Program-made: the position numbers and the translations under genes
Assembly: GCF_963921235.1 (NCBI RefSeq)
Contig: NC_086109.1
Location: forward strand, 5,768,001-5,832,000
DNA from: Mobula hypostoma
Lineage: Eukaryota
Direction of reading: 5' to 3'
DNA: 64,000 nucleotides
In this document: positions 1 to 13,635 of the stretch, piece by piece
Numbering within the stretch: position 1 is the stretch's first letter
Layout of the letters: each line of letters opens with the position of its first letter
Notes under the pieces: generated by a model
Seen by the model: the letters and a program-made list of their open reading frames with translations, nothing else
Database searches by the model: none
Told to the model about the DNA's origin: nothing

Positions 1-1240
1 GTAAGTTTGCAGATGACACAAGGATTGGTGGAGATGTGAATATTGATGAAGGTTGCCGAAGGTTCAGAGCATGAGTGAGTTAAGCTGGAAACTTGGATAG
101 AGGAATAGCAGGTGGAGTTGAATTCATACAAACGTGAGGTGATATATTTTGGGCAGGTGAATCTCAGAGGAAAGTATGCAATAAATAGCAGGACTCTGAG
201 GACCATTGATGTACAGAGGGACTTGAAATGCAAGTTGCTTGTTCCCTGAAGGTAGCAGCACAAATGGGTCAGATTATCAAGAAGGTGTACACTACAGCAT
301 ACATGCTTTCAAAGGTTCAGCTTACTTACTGCCCATTACGCTGCTGGTGTTTAGGGCAGCAATGAAGGTCGTCCATCTCTGAAGGCGTTTCCGGCTTCCT
401 TCATCATGTCAGCAGCTTCCTCTTACTACCAGTTGTCCAAGTCCCAGGTGGAGACTCAGGAATACCGTCACACTCAGATGTAGAAGGATTCTTCATTGCT
501 GTTTCTGTAACAGTTTTGTTTGACCTGTCAGGGTTGTTAGCCCTGAGCTGAACCCCCGAATCTGGAGGACCGGTGGACCACTCTTAGTCTGGCCTCTACC
601 CTTTGGCTGACCCTGCCAAAGCATAAAGCCCCGACCCCAGCCAACACAGCTCTCCGGATCATTGAGGCACACGAGCCTCCAAACCACAACAAGCATCTGT
701 TCCTCTTGGAGGTCAAAGGTTCAGGTTCTAAGTATAAACGTCAGGAAGTCAAGTTGCAACTGTTTCAAAACTTTGATCAGGCCACATTTGGAACATTGTG
801 TGCAATTCTGGTCACTGCATTACAGGAAGGATGTGGAGGATTTGGAGATGGTGCAGGTGAGGTTTACCAGGATGTTGCCTGGTAGTAGCTAAGCAGAGAT
901 TGAAGAAAAGATGCATTACTTTTTTTTGCTAAAGCGTAGGAAGCTGAAAGATGATCTGATGGAAAGATTTAAGATTACAATAGTCATAAATAGACAGACA
1001 AAATCTTTTCTGTCTGGGTAGAAGTGTCAAATACCAAGGGGCATAGGTACTACGTGAGAGGGCAAAGTTCAATGGAGACATAAAACGCAAGATTTTGCAC
1101 ACAGAGTGGTGGCAGGAAGATGGAATTAGTTTGATCTTCATGATTGGCGCAGATCTCTTGAGCCAAAAAAACCTCGTTCGGTGCTGTTCTAGCCATAAGA
1201 CCAAAAGACACAAGAGTAGAATTAGGCCAGTCGGCCCATC
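1..1240 (+). mobile_element. Decayed CR1 LINE 3' portion, interrupted by the 321-712 element
   Basis: KFADDT RT motif at 3-20 and the CR1 ORF2 C-terminal motif LIRPHLEHCVQFWSLHYRKDV at about 773-850. Confidence 0.8.
321..712 (-). mobile_element. Non-autonomous bipartite RTE-derived element (family A)
   Basis: RTE/Expander-like 5' UTR (CTTGTTGTGGTTTGGAGGCTCGTGTGCCTCAATGATCC) joined to an RTE-like 3' end with a GTAAGTAAG tail. Perfect 12-bp TSD TCAAAGGTTCAG at 309-320 and 713-724. Other copies at about 36346-37078 and 57270-57578. Confidence 0.7.
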
Positions 1241-1729
1241 AAGTCTTCTCCGCCATTCCATCATGGTTGATTCATTTTTCACCTCAATCCCATTCTGCTA
1301 CCTTCTCCCCGTAACCTCTCACGCTTTGATCCATCAACCTCTGCCTTAAATATACCCAATGACTTGGCCTCCACAGCTGCCTGTGGCAATGAATTCCACA
1401 GATTCACCATCCCTCAGGCTAAAAAAAAATCATCCTCATCTCCATTTTAAATGGATGTCCCTCTATTCTGAAGCTGTGCCCTCTGGTCCTAGACGCCCCC
1501 ACCAAAGAAAGCATGCTCTTCACATCCACTTTATCCAGGCCTTTCAACATTTGATATGTTTCGGTAACATCATTCCCACCCCCCACCCATTCTTCTAAAT
1601 TCAGTTCTGTTCTGTTCTATCTATCTATCACTTAGAGGAAAAATAGGGACAGCATGCAAACTCCACACCGACAGCATCAATCTGGAAGCCACGATAGTCA
1701 TAGAATCATAGAAAGAAAGCCTTCGGCCC

Positions 1730-2050
1730 CTCTCCCGCTCCTTCTCTTTCTCACTCTCTCCATCTCTCTCACTCCCTCACATGCTCTTTCTCTCACTCTC
1801 TCTCACTCACACTCTCTCTTACTCTCGCTGTCTCACTCTCTCTCTCTCAATCTCACTCTCTCACACAGACTATCTCACTCTCTCACTTACTTTCTCACTC
1901 TCTCCCACTCTCTTTCTCTCTCTATTGCTTTCTCTCTCACTCTCACACATTCCCTCTCTCACTCTCTCTCTCACTCACTCTCTCTCTCTAACTCCATCAC
2001 GCTCTCACTCCTGCACTTTCTCAATAATTCTCGCTCTCTCCCTCTCAGTA
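1730..2050. repeat. Degenerate (CT/CA)n simple repeat
   Basis: Low-complexity ctctctcact array; explains the S/L/H-rich ORFs at 1654 and 1781. Confidence 0.95.
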
Positions 2051-3944
2051 TGCCTCCATCCATTATTCACTTGCCACAGCTTTCCAACTCCACCCGTCCA
2101 TGCCCACTCCTGTACCTGGCACTGCCTGCCTGTCACCTCACGCCCCTCCTCAGTCCACACCAATCGCCACAAACTCTGTTCTCACGGCTCCCTCCTCCCC
2201 TTTACGGGGGCCACCACTCCTCTCCATTCTCCAACCTGATGCAGGGTTTCACCCTGAGACGTTGAGAATTCCCTTCTCCCCATGGATCGCCTCAAAGTCA
2301 AAGTCAAAGTACACACTATCCAGGTATGAGGTTTGTGCTCCACAGGCAGCTGTGCAGCAAAGAGACACCACAGAGCGCGTTCCTAGAAAAACATCAAACA
2401 CCTAATGCACAAAAAAGAGAACAAATTGCACAAACTGGAAAAAGTGAGCAATCAACACCTAGAATATCAAACATCAGACCAGGAGTCCAGGAGTATTCAG
2501 TTTGTTTCAGTTCAGTTCAGTTCTGCGCTGCTAGCCAACTACGCCAAAGCATACATCGACTACAGTCTTCACCGAAGTGCACCAGCCCTCATTGAGCACC
2601 CCAATTAAAACAGCAATAAAATGAGTAACTAGATGCTGCTCAGCCACTGATAACGGGTCAGAAGTGAAGGGCCACCGAGATCCTGGGTAGTTACAGAGGT
2701 GAATGAAATTCCTGGGATTGGACCATAAGACCAGGAGGTATAGGAGCAGAGTTAGGCCATTCAGCCCATTGAGTTTGCTCCTCGATTCCATCACGGTTGA
2801 TTCATCATCTCAACCCCAAGCTCCTGTTTTCTCCCCATAACCTCTGACATCCTAACTAACCAAGAACCAGAGGACATGGATTCAGAACAGAGGGATGCCC
2901 ATTTAGAATGGAGATGAGGAGGAATTTCTTCAGCCAGAGAACAGTGAATCTGTGGAGTTCATATTCTTTGGTGGAGGAGTCTAAGACCAGAGGACACAGG
3001 CTCAGAACAGCGGGGCATCCTTTTAGAACAGAGATGAGGAGGAATTTCTTAACCAGAAAGCGGTGAATCTGTGGAACTTGTTGCCACAGGCGGCTGTGGA
3101 GGCCAAGTTATTGGGTTTATTTAAGGCAGAGGTTGATAAATTGTTGATTGGTGATGGGAGAATGGGGATGAGAGGGAAATGGATCAGCCATGATGAAATG
3201 GCAAAGCAGACCCGATGGGCCAAATGGCCTAATTCTGTTCTTGTATCCTATGGTCTTATAACCTATCAACCTCTGTTTTAAATATACCCAATAACTTGGC
3301 ATTCACAGCCAGCCATGGCAATGAATTCCACAGATTCACCACTCTGGCTAAAGAAATTCTTTCTCCTAAGAGATTAAGAGGTGCAAGTTGCAAAAAACCA
3401 AAGTTTTGGTTTTGATCAATAAAAGTTTGTTAATATTGAACAAGAATAAATTTGAAACAGTGATCCATTCAAAACTGTACTTCTTAATTTAGTCATAAAG
3501 ATAAAATTGAACAGGTATTGCTCGAGCTCAGCTCAATGGCAATAATGCTGAGTGGCCAACTGTTAGCAACATCTACGGACAGTTCTACGAATTAACAAGG
3601 CACAGAACCACTAATATCCTGTTTCGACACTTGGTATTAAGATTAAATCTTCATCAAGAAACCAAAAAAAATACCCTCGTTTAATATTGAAGGTGATTTT
3701 TGCTTCGCAATCACCATCTCACATGTGACTGTGTTTACTACATTGGGTGCCAATTCCACTCAGTCATGGAGCATGTCACTACACAAACGTCAGCACTTCA
3801 CCAAGCACCTCGCACTCGAGGCAAAGTTAAGTTTCAATACCCCAAAGTTTATACAGAAGAGAAGGAATCAGGCAGCCATGAACAATCCTTTCGGGTGCCT
3901 TTTCATTTGATTTCTAAATTGCCTAATGATATCGAGTACCTTCA

Positions 3945-4570
3945 CTACAAGCAGGATTTCCTGGTGGCCAACCATTTTAATTCCAATACCCACGGTCCAT
4001 GCCCTCCTCTACTGCCCCAACAGGACCACACTCAGTCTGGAGGAGCAACACCTCATACGCCATCTGGGGAGGTTCCACCCTGATAACAGGAACATCTATT
4101 TCTCTGACTTCCAGTAATTTCTCCTCCTCCCTCTTCTTTCCTTTTTTACTCCCCTTTCCCCATTTTGGTTCCTCTCTTACCTCTTCTCTTCCCCTCTCCT
4201 GCGTCTCACCACCCTCTGTCCCCCTCCTCCTTCCCTTTCTCCCATGGTCCGCTGTCCCTCCCTTCTTCTTCAGCCCTTTCTCTCCTTCACCTATCACCTC
4301 ATGTCTTCGTACCCCTCACCCACCCATCAACCTTCCCCTTCACCAGGATTCACCTATCACCCGCCTGCTTCGAGTCCTTCCCCTCCACCCCCACCCCCGA
4401 CCACCTCCTTATTCTGTCTTCTTCTCACTTCTTTTCCAGTCCTGATGAGGGTCTCAACCGGAAATGTTGACGGTTTATTCCCCTCCATAGACGCTGCCTG
4501 ACCCCGGAGTACTCCAGCATATTGTGTGTGTTACTCTGGATTTCCAGCTTCTGCAGAATCTCTTGTTCAT
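3945..4570 (+). mobile_element. Penelope-like element 3' fragment with degenerate hammerhead (4438-4472)
   Basis: VANHFNS...LLYC...LEEQHLIRHLGRFHPD.RNIYFSDF resembles the GIY-YIG endonuclease C-terminus. It is followed by a pyrimidine tract and AGTC-CTGATGA...GAAA. Confidence 0.8.
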
Positions 4571-4649
4571 AGGCTGATTTTGTGGTTTTGATCATGCTGC
4601 GTCTAGAGACACAGAGTCATAGAGCACTGGAGCATAGAAACGGGCCCTT

Positions 4650-5212
4650 CAGATTTATGATTTACATTACTCCCACGTGAGGGATTAAGAATTCCTGCAT
4701 TATGACTCTGTTGCAATGTTCAGACATGTGAATTCTAATGGCTTGTAGAAAGAAGCTGTCCCATAGCCTGTTGGTCCTGGCTTTGCCAGACAGAAGCTGC
4801 TGAAACACTCTATCTTTGGGGTGACCAGTGTCCCTGATGATCTTCCAGGCCTTTTTTCCGCACCTGCTGCTGTAAATGTCCTCAGTGGAGGGAAGTTCTC
4901 ATCCACAGATGCGCTGGGCTGTCCATACCACTCCCAACCATCAAGGCTGGTGCAGTTCCCATACCAGGTGGCGATACAGCCAGTCAGTACGCTCTCAAAG
5001 GTGCCCCTGTAGAGGGTCTTGAGGATTTGGGGGCCCATGCCAAACTTCTCCAGTCACCCGCGGTGGAAGAGATGCTGTTGCGCTTTCTTTGCCACAAAGC
5101 CGGAGTGTACCGTCCAGGTGAGATCACCGGTGGTGTGTGCGTACCCAGGAACTTGAAGCTATTCACCCTCTCAGCTGCAGACCCATTGACACTGATCGGG
5201 CCGAGCCTGTCT
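4650..5212 (-). mobile_element. Rex1/Babar-type LINE 3' fragment
   Basis: Frameshifted RT C-terminus (NSFKFLG; LYRGTFESVLTGCIATWYGNC). Confidence 0.75.
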
Positions 5213-7816
5213 AGTTTGCGCTAAACTATTCCGCTGCCTGGTCTCCTTGACCCGCACTCGGCCCATAGCTCTTCATACCACCCCCATCCACGTTCTTATC
5301 CAGCCTTCTCTTAAACGTTGAAATCAAACCAGCATCTTCCACTTCTGCCAGCAGCTTGTTCCACACTCTCACCGCCATCTCAGTGAAGATCCCCCTCCTG
5401 TTTCCCTTAAGCATTTCACCTTTCGCCCTTAACCCCTCACCTCAAGCTGTAGTTCCATCCAACCTCAGTGGAAAAAAACCTATTTGCATTTACCCTGTCT
5501 CTGCTCCTCACAATTTTGTATACCTCCATCATATCTCCCACCATTCTCTTGTTCTCCAGGGAATAAAATCCTAACCTATTCAACTTTTTCCTATAACATA
5601 GGTCCTCAAGACCCGGCAATATCCTTGTAAACTTTCTTTCAATCTTATTAATACCTTTCCTATAGGTGAGTGACCAGTCCATTTATGGACCATGGGATGA
5701 TGGAATGGTAGAGCAGACTCAATGGGCTGAATGGCCTCATTCTGCTCCTATGTCTGATGGACCTGAATGGCACAGAACTTTTTTCAAAGTCTGCAGGTTA
5801 TCTCTCATCCAGAGGGACTGGCATCAGCTGATGTTAGACCAGGGGCTGAGACAAGAATGCGTTTCCAAATCACTGCTGTGCCTGACATTTAGGACGTAGT
5901 GTTGAAGAGCTGAATGACATTGCAGCACAGAAATCAGGGAAACATCTCAGGAAGCAAAAAGCAAAGGCAGATGCTGCCTCACTGTGTCTGTGGGAGTCGC
6001 CCCGGTTGCTGAACTTCCCTCGGTGCTTCCTGTCAATAGCACTGAGGTAGAGAAGCACAAGAAATTCTGCGGAGTTACACACATAGAAAACTCAGCAGGT
6101 CAGGCAGTCCCGATGAAGGGTCTCGTCCCGAAATGACGACAATTTATTCCCCTCTATACATGCTGCCTGAACTGCTGAGCCCCATCAGCATCTTGCATGC
6201 ATTGCAATGTACATCAGCAGACCTTCTCCAATTTCCACGTTTGCATGGAAATCCTAAAGTGTTCAAATTCAAAGGTCAAAATAAATTTATATTATCACAG
6301 TACGTATCTGTCACCATATACTGCCCTGAGGTTCATTTTCTCGCAGGCATTTTCAATAGAACAAGGAACTACAATGGAATCAATGAAAAAGCTACACGCG
6401 GAGACTGACAAACAACCAATGTGCAAAAGAAGGCAAACTGAAAATACAGAAATAATAAGTAAGTAAACATATAAATGGATTAATAAATAAATAATGATGA
6501 ACAAACAAATAAAGTGAGTTGTAGAGTCCCTGAAAGTGAAGGCTGTGGAATCAGTTCAGTGTTTTGGTGAGTGAAGTTATCCATGCTGGTTCAGTGGGGG
6601 TCATAACTGTTCTTGAAGCTGGTGGTGTGGGACCTAAGGCTCCTGTGCTTCCTGCCTGATGTGTTTGCATGGCATAGGGTTTTACGTAGAAAGATAAACT
6701 CAAAAGTATGAGCTCTAATGTACAGAGAAAAAGTAGTCTGCTGTGTATTGCACTCCCTTTCCATTGAGAACAAGGAGTGGCAAGCTAAGGAAATACCGTC
6801 ACTGACTCAGCCCCACGTCCAGTCACCAGGGTAGGATGAGAACAACGGGACCTTGGGTCCTCCAGCCAGAGAACATCTCTTGACCCAAGCAAACACAAAC
6901 CTGGAAAAATGCTCGTTAGGAGCTTGTGGAGATGGCACCAAAAACTCTTAGCAAATTTCTACAGATATACCATGGAGAGTATTCTGACTAGTTGTATGGA
7001 GGGGCCACCGCACCGGATTGGGAAAAGCTGCAGAGGACTGTAAACTCAGTCAGCTCCATCATGGGCACTAGCCTCCCCAGCTTCAAGGACACCATAAAAA
7101 GACGATACCTCAAAAAGACAACATCCAACTTTAAGGAGACCCACCACCCAGGACATTCCTCCTTCTCAATAATCCCACCAGAGAGAAGGTCCAGGAGGCT
7201 GAAGACACACATTCGATGTTACTAGGAAGTTTCTTCTCCTCGGCCATCAGATTTCTGAACAGACCGTGAACCCATGAGCATTACCTCACTATTTTTGCTT
7301 TCCTTTTGCACTACTTGTTTTACTTGGTTTTGTATGTATATAATCAATTTAAATATTATACATACACATATCAGATTTCTTATTATAATCTATAGTTTAT
7401 TTTAAGCATCACACTTTGCTGCCGCCACAAAAGAACAAATTCCACGATATATGTCCATGATAATAAACCTGGTTCTGATTCTGATTCTGATCCTGGTCCC
7501 AATGTGCAGAGAAATGTGTGAGGACCAGAAACTGAGATTAGTGCTCGTGGTAGCAATATCTAAGCTTCAAAGTATTAATTGCATAAGAATATCGACAAGC
7601 ACTGCAAAATGTTAGTGTGACGGGAAAAAAAAATATGTATGGTCTGAAGTTCAGCGCAAAAATTTCACAATGATTAAAAGGCTTAAGTATTAATGGAAAC
7701 TTTAATTACCAGAAAGCTTTTGGTGACATTTAGAAATTGGTAGACAGCTCAAGTAATATATAACCAACAGGAAATTCGATAGGAAGTTAGAAACCAAAAT
7801 GAGCCACAAAGGGAAA

Positions 7817-7824
7817 TATATAAA
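7817..7824 (+). promoter_or_regulatory. TATA box of the IL-10-like gene
   Basis: TATATAAA in non-repetitive sequence 53 bp upstream of the ATG; GGAA (ETS-type) cores just upstream at about 7770-7786. Confidence 0.7.
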
Positions 7825-7876
7825 GAAAAGTCTAAGTGTCAATCCATGCACACGGCTGTGTGAACGAGACAGAATT

Positions 7877-8032
7877 ATGAAGAGTGTGACTGTGATATTG
7901 TGTACACTGATTAGCATTCAGTGCTGGTGCTACAGCCTAAGCCACACGCATCATCGCTGTTTTAATTATGCTGTGTTCCCTGCTCACATCGAAGAACTCA
8001 GAACTTCTTATCGACATATAAAGAACCATTTT
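7877..8032 (+). CDS. il10: IL-10-like cytokine, coding exon 1 (signal peptide + helix A): MKSVTVILCTLISIQCWCYSLSHTHHRCFNYAVFPAHIEELRTSYRHIKNHF
   Basis: ATG at 7877 lies 53 bp after a TATA box. Hydrophobic N-terminus. FPAHIEELRTSYRHIKNHF aligns with IL-10 LPNMLRDLRDAFSRVKTFF. Phase-0 GTAAGT donor at 8033. Orthologue versus paralogue is unresolved. Confidence 0.9.
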
Positions 8033-9175
8033 GTAAGTATTCACCGAAAATATGTTTTCTCGTGCTTGGTAGAGGGCAATTATTTTTAAATTACAGATTT
8101 AAAAATAATAATCCTGTCTCTGCAGGGCAGGACAGCTAATGAGAAGCCTGAGAGAGTATTATTGCAAGCTGATTGCAAATAGTACTTTTAGAGATAAAAT
8201 AAGTAAATAAAATATGAAGTTGAAAATCTATCAATGAATATATTAAAACAGTTCAGCTTTGATATCAGTCATTTTAAGCAAATGCATGTAGTTTTATTAA
8301 AATTATACATTGCAGATATTTTATATCTAGAGTTGTTTAAATCTATTTTGCATTATTCTGTGAGCGGTGAACATTGCTTCCCTTTAGAAAATGTTAAGGT
8401 CAAAGTCAATTTTATTGTCGTATGCACAAGTCCATAGACTGTAGGCACAGGTGCAAAGATAAACACACTTGCAGCACCATCACTGACCCACTGTATCACA
8501 TAGCAGCATTTGCAAGAAAAAACGTAAGTATAAATTATACACAATTTTTTCAAGAAAACGTGAGTGCTGTTTATTGGAGATTCGGTTAGCCTAGAGAGAG
8601 CAGATTTTAAATGAGATAAGCACTCTGTCCACAGTTAATCAAACATAAACAAAAAGATCTAATGCTTAACACCAGGCGATGGTTTCAGAATCAGCTTTCA
8701 TGCCACAGGAGCTTTAAGTGCCCCACCACCAGGTCCAGGAACAGTTATTACCCTACAAACATTTGGCTCCTGAACCAGCCTGGATAACCTCAAATCTGAA
8801 CAGGTTCCACAGGCTATGGACTCCCATTCAAGGTCTCTGCAACGTATATTCTCAGTACTATTTATTTTTTAATTTTGTATTTGCATAGTTTGTCATCTTT
8901 TGCACATTAGTTGTTTGTCAGTCTTTGTTTTTAGTTTTTCATTGATTACATTCAATTTTGCTCGACTGTGAACACCTGCAAGAAAATTAATCTCAAGATA
9001 GTATAAGGTGATAAATATGTACTTTGACAATCAATTTCTTTGAACTTTGAACCTTGGAAAAGTAAACTGGGCTTGTGCCTAGAAGTGTACAGGTCAGGCA
9101 GCTAGTGGAAGGAAGAAATTATTCATTGTATTAAAGATTTTGTATTTAGTGGTTTGTATCTGTTGTTTGTTACAG

Positions 9176-9238
9176 CAAAGAAAAGATGACAATATTAAGA
9201 TAACATTGCTGGAAAGACAAGGTCTGCCAGGAATCAGG
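9176..9238 (+). CDS. il10: IL-10-like cytokine, exon 2: QRKDDNIKITLLERQGLPGIR
   Basis: tgttgtttgttacAG acceptor, 63 nt, phase 0-0, GTGAGT donor at 9239. Matches IL-10 exon 2 QMKDQLDNLLLKESLLEDFK. Not in the ORF track. Confidence 0.85.
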
Positions 9239-9654
9239 GTGAGTAACATTTCACACGATCAGTCATACATCAGTTACTAAAGCTGGGCATGATTGCTGTC
9301 ATAGGGTTCTGGTGTTATAGTTACTGCCTGAGAGACTCCACGTAAAGACAATAATAGATCAAACGCCTCACGTTGACAAATGCTGCCCTTCTTGAGGCTG
9401 ATTGTCACTGCACTGATTTGTGTTGTCACCACTGAGTCACAAAGCTCTTTGATCAGAAAAATAAACAGAGCACAGAGAAAGGTCACGGTCATGGGACGGG
9501 AATGGTGCACAAATGTAGAACGCAGACCTCAGCACTGACCTGGGTCTAACTTTACCTGAAATTGGGATTTAGGCTGATTTTCCTTATAGTTGTTCACTGC
9601 CGTTACAGGAGTTATCAATTTCCATACCTGTTCAGTTTTCCTGTTTATTATTTA

Positions 9655-9902
9655 TTATTTAGAAGCTACACTGTGGGCTAGGTCCTTCTGGCCCCTTGAG
9701 CTGCTCAGCCCAGAAATCCCCCAGTTTAGTCCCAACCTACCAAACGGTAGGTCTTTGGACTGTGGGAGGAAACCAGAGCACCCGGAGGAAACCCACGCAG
9801 TCACGGGGAGAATATAGAAACTCCTTACAGGCAGCGGCGGGAATAGAACCCGGATCACCTGTTACTGTAAAGCGTTGTGCTAACCACTACACTACCGTGC
9901 CT
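9655..9902 (-). mobile_element. HE1/V-SINE (tRNA-derived) in intron 2
   Basis: tRNA-like head followed by the V-domain CTCCCCGTGACTGCGTGGGTTTCCTCCGGGTGCTCTGGTTTCCTCCCACAGTCCAAAGAC. Further copies at about 15110-15275, 23390-24090, 25597-25760, 34830-35000, 46860-47140, 51440-51990 and 57840-57985. Confidence 0.85.
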
Positions 9903-10427
9903 CCAGTTTATAAGTGGGATATACTCAACACTATTGATGACTCCTGTAATTGCAGTGAGCAGATAACAGGAACATCACACTTGACCAATTAGAATGCCAG
10001 CTGGAAGGGTGCTGAAACAGAATAAAAATAAATATGTATAAAATAGTTAAATTAAATAAGTTGTGCAAGTACTCTCCTCATTATTGCCTTAGTCATCTTG
10101 AGTCTTGATGCTGGGTCTCAGCCCAAAAGATGGACCATCCCAGGTGCTGCTTGCCCACTGAGCTCCTTCGGCAGCTTGTCTTCTGCTTGAGGAGGTTGTG
10201 ATGTGTCACCTTCTGAAACCAATGCAGACCCTCTGGTGAATCTCTTCCATAATGTTGTAAGGGCCAGATGACCAGGACATAGAACCATGGGCTCGATGCC
10301 CCGTTTCTGTGTGGGAATAAAGCTGCCATCTCATGTAGTATTACATAATATTGACAGTAAAATAGCAAGTCCGGTTAGTGTGTGGCCACAGGGTCTATAA
10401 ATAAGACCCGGATACACCACATAACCC

Positions 10428-10857
10428 TGTTGTAATGTTGATGAAGTCACTGGAGAGACTCTGAAGTTCGTGGATACAGAAGTGTCTTATTCAACAGGCA
10501 TCATAGTGAGACACTCTTGGAGCAAGAGGCTTCACGACCCAATATACATGAGATGTCTATAGGCTAAAGATCAGAAGCAACAGCAGGACAATTCTATAGT
10601 TACATTGTATCTACAATGCTTCCTTTGAATTACATACAGTTTTTATACACGTTCCTTCTTCGCACCCACACTCCAGACACGCAAAATGAATGTTAATCAG
10701 CATTGTCTGGTTTGCAACTCCAGCCTACAACTCCAGAAAAACTGTTGTTCAGAGCTGCATTTTAAATTCAAACTACAATCCTTATTCATTCCTGAAGATT
10801 AGTTGCTGGTGAGATTGATACTTACTATATAGTCTAGCTCCTCAATACACCCTAACA
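10428..10857. mobile_element. Probable solo LTR in intron 2
   Basis: TGTT...AACA termini flanked by the 4-bp direct repeat ACCC (10424-10427, 10858-10861). Confidence 0.45.
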
Positions 10858-11368
10858 ACCCCACACCTCGGTCTGTGCCAAACTGTTGCTTGGGGGGGGG
10901 GGAGGGGAGGACTCACTCTACACGGGCATGACCCAAGGAGCCAAAATCAAATTCCTTCCAGTGCGTGGGAATCCAAAATAAAAACAAATAAAAAAGCTGG
11001 GAACACTCCATTGGTAAGGCAGCATCCGTGGAGGGGCAGGATCAATGTTTCAGGTGGGTAAACTTAAATGAAGTCAAATGAAACCGAACTCCAAGCAACC
11101 CATATGCATTGCAATTGAGTAGATACTAAGGGAAGAAATAAATAATTGTAAAATTAGGTTTATAAATAGAAAATGAAACAATTTAATTCTGTAGTATTTT
11201 GAAATAATATCTTGTTTGTATCAATTTCACTTTTGGGTTATGAGTCTACAGTTTGAGAAAGTGCATTACAGATTGTGGCATTATTCCAAAAACTAGAACT
11301 GCTTGCAGCTTTCAAGTTGTGCAATGGCAAGATTAAGGGCTTAATAGTGACCTCTTGTAAATGTTTAG

Positions 11369-11521
11369 GATAAGCACAGCTGCCAGTTCCTGAAGGAGAT
11401 GCTGAACTTTTACCTCAAGGATGTAATCCCTGCGGCCAAGACCAACAAGAAGATCATCAATAAACACATCAGTAAAATTGGGAATGCCTTGCATGAGCTG
11501 AACGAGAATGTGCAAAACTGC
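11369..11521 (+). CDS. il10: IL-10-like cytokine, exon 3 (helices C-D): DKHSCQFLKEMLNFYLKDVIPAAKTNKKIINKHISKIGNALHELNENVQNC
   Basis: tgtttAG acceptor, 153 nt (same length as mammalian IL10 exon 3), ends in Cys followed by GTAAGT. CQFLKEMLNFYLKDVIPAA matches IL-10 CQALSEMIQFYLEEVMPQA. Confidence 0.95.
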
Positions 11522-12855
11522 GTAAGTACTGCATTTTTTTCCTCGAACTCCTATTGGAAGGGAAAACACTGTGAACAACTTTGCAAAACACACAAAATGA
11601 TGGAGGAACTCAGCCGCAGAGAAATAAACAGCCAATGTTTCAGGCTGATGAGTAACTTGAGAAGTTTTTTTAAAAGTTATTTTTAAAAAATATTATAAGA
11701 CAATAAGAGCATAAGACATAGCAATAGAATCAGGCCATTTGGTCCATCGAGTCTGCTCCTCCATTCTATCATGGCTGATCTATTAAACCTCTCAACCCCA
11801 TTCTCCTGCCTTCTCCCATAATATTTGACGCCCTGACTAATCAAGAGTTTTTTAACCTGTGCTTTCAATACTACATATCCAATGACTTGGCCTCCACACA
11901 CAACCCTCTGGATAAAGAAATTCCTCTTTATCTATATTCTAAAGGGATGTTCCTCTGTTCTGAGGCTGTGCCCTCTGGTCCTAGACTCCCCAACGACAGG
12001 AAACATCCCCTCCAAGTCCACTCTATCTATGCCTTTTACGAGAAGAGAATGTCATTTGTGGAATTATTGATGGAAGCATTACCAGCGTTCATATTAGTTA
12101 TACCATGGCATTGATGGTGGCTTCAGAGTGTTTGTCCTTAGAACTTCACACAGAAACCCTGAAACGACAACTTCTGCACCATCCGCCACCAAAAGGCTGT
12201 TGTGCTTGGACCCTTCTCCGACACTATCAGGGAGATCACTGGAACTGAAGTTCCTTATGGGGATGCTGAAAATAGGCATGGTCTAACCAGGTTTGTAGCA
12301 TTCAACTTAGGAAACTGAGAGTCATCCTAATGCTTGTGGATTGTAATATATTTTGGAGTTTATATCTAACAACCTGGCCTCAGCAACTTTCCAATCTTTA
12401 CCTAGCTTTTGCAAAATATTTGCTGAAAATTGTGCAATATTCTATGGCTTTTGATCTTCAGACACACCATGAGTTTACATGATCCATGCTTCTAAACAGC
12501 TGTTCTGTTTGGAGAAGATACAACATCATTGCTGTCTCTCGATACAAATCTAAATGACCAAAGGATATTTCCTAATGTGAAACAGCAGTGATTGAACTGC
12601 AGTCGTTTCCTCTGACCCTTATTACCAGCTTCCATGTAGCATCCTGACACGCATGGGCTGCAGTTTCAGTTTTAGCACAATATTATTGGAAGCAAAATCA
12701 GGCAACTTCTCTAAAAGCAAAATATAATGTAGTGGAGGAACTCAGTAGGTCAGGATCAGCTTTAATATTACTGGCATGTGATGTGAAATTTGCTGTTTGG
12801 CAGCAGCAGTACATTGTAATACATAATAATACAAAACTATAAATTACAATAAGAA

Positions 12856-13521
12856 AGGAGGAGAAGATGGCAGTACGACGCAGCTCGCAGCGACCACTCC
12901 GGTGGTGATGCTGTTATCTGTCAAGTAGGGTGCCGTGCACAATCCTGATTTGACGGAGACGGACGTGAGAGCATGAAGGAACATCTGGTGAAACTTCTGA
13001 AATGCCTGCTTCGCTGCTGCTGCTACTGTGTGATCCAGAATCTCCGGAGGAGAAGGCCCCGAGTCCTCAGCTTTGCTTGTTGCTTGGCGGCCGGGGCGGG
13101 GTCGAAGCGCTCGGCAGAGGATGGTGCTCAGTGCTCGTTGTTGGAGGGCTGGTCGGAGGCTCGAAGTTTTCGGACGGACTCAGAGTCCGCTGCGGTCAGG
13201 TGCTTCCAATGGTGCTGCATCGGCAAGTTTGCGGAGCTGGAGGTTCATGGCAGGGAGAGTTTCTCCCTTCTGCCGTCTGCGTGAGATGATGGGGCTATCG
13301 GGACTTGAGACTTTCTTTTTACCGTGCCCATGGTCTGCTCTTTATCAAATTACGGTATTGCTTTGCACTGTTGTAACTATATGTTATAATTATGTGGTTT
13401 TGTCAGTTTTAGTCTTGGTTTGTCCTGTGTTTTTTGTGATATCATTCTGGAGGAATATTGTATCATTTTTTAATGCATGCATTTCTAAATGACAATGAAC
13501 GAGGACTGAGTCTTCTCATAA
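12856..13521 (+). mobile_element. Young non-coding retroposon (GC/CpG-rich 5' half, (AATCT)n tail) in intron 3
   Basis: Starts AGGAGGAGAAGATGGC and ends in AATCT repeats. A full-length homologous copy lies at about 62459-63136. Confidence 0.75.
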
Positions 13522-13635
13522 TCTAATCTAATCTAATCTAAATGTATATAAAGAATTAAATTAAATATGTTAGTAGTGCAACACAAGAGCAAAAAAACAA
13601 GTAGTGAATTACATGGGCTTATTGTCCATTCAGAA

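Noticed and set aside
1654..2265. 203-aa S/L/H-rich ORF
   Set aside because: Translation of a CT/CA microsatellite.
7799..7876. In-frame upstream ATG extending exon 1 by 26 aa
   Set aside because: It lies upstream of the TATA box and would place a basic segment before the signal peptide; ATG 7877 fits the family.
11522..11686. ORF read-through beyond exon 3 (and likewise 8033-8089 and 18272-18499)
   Set aside because: Homology stops exactly at strong GT donors; the remainder is intronic.
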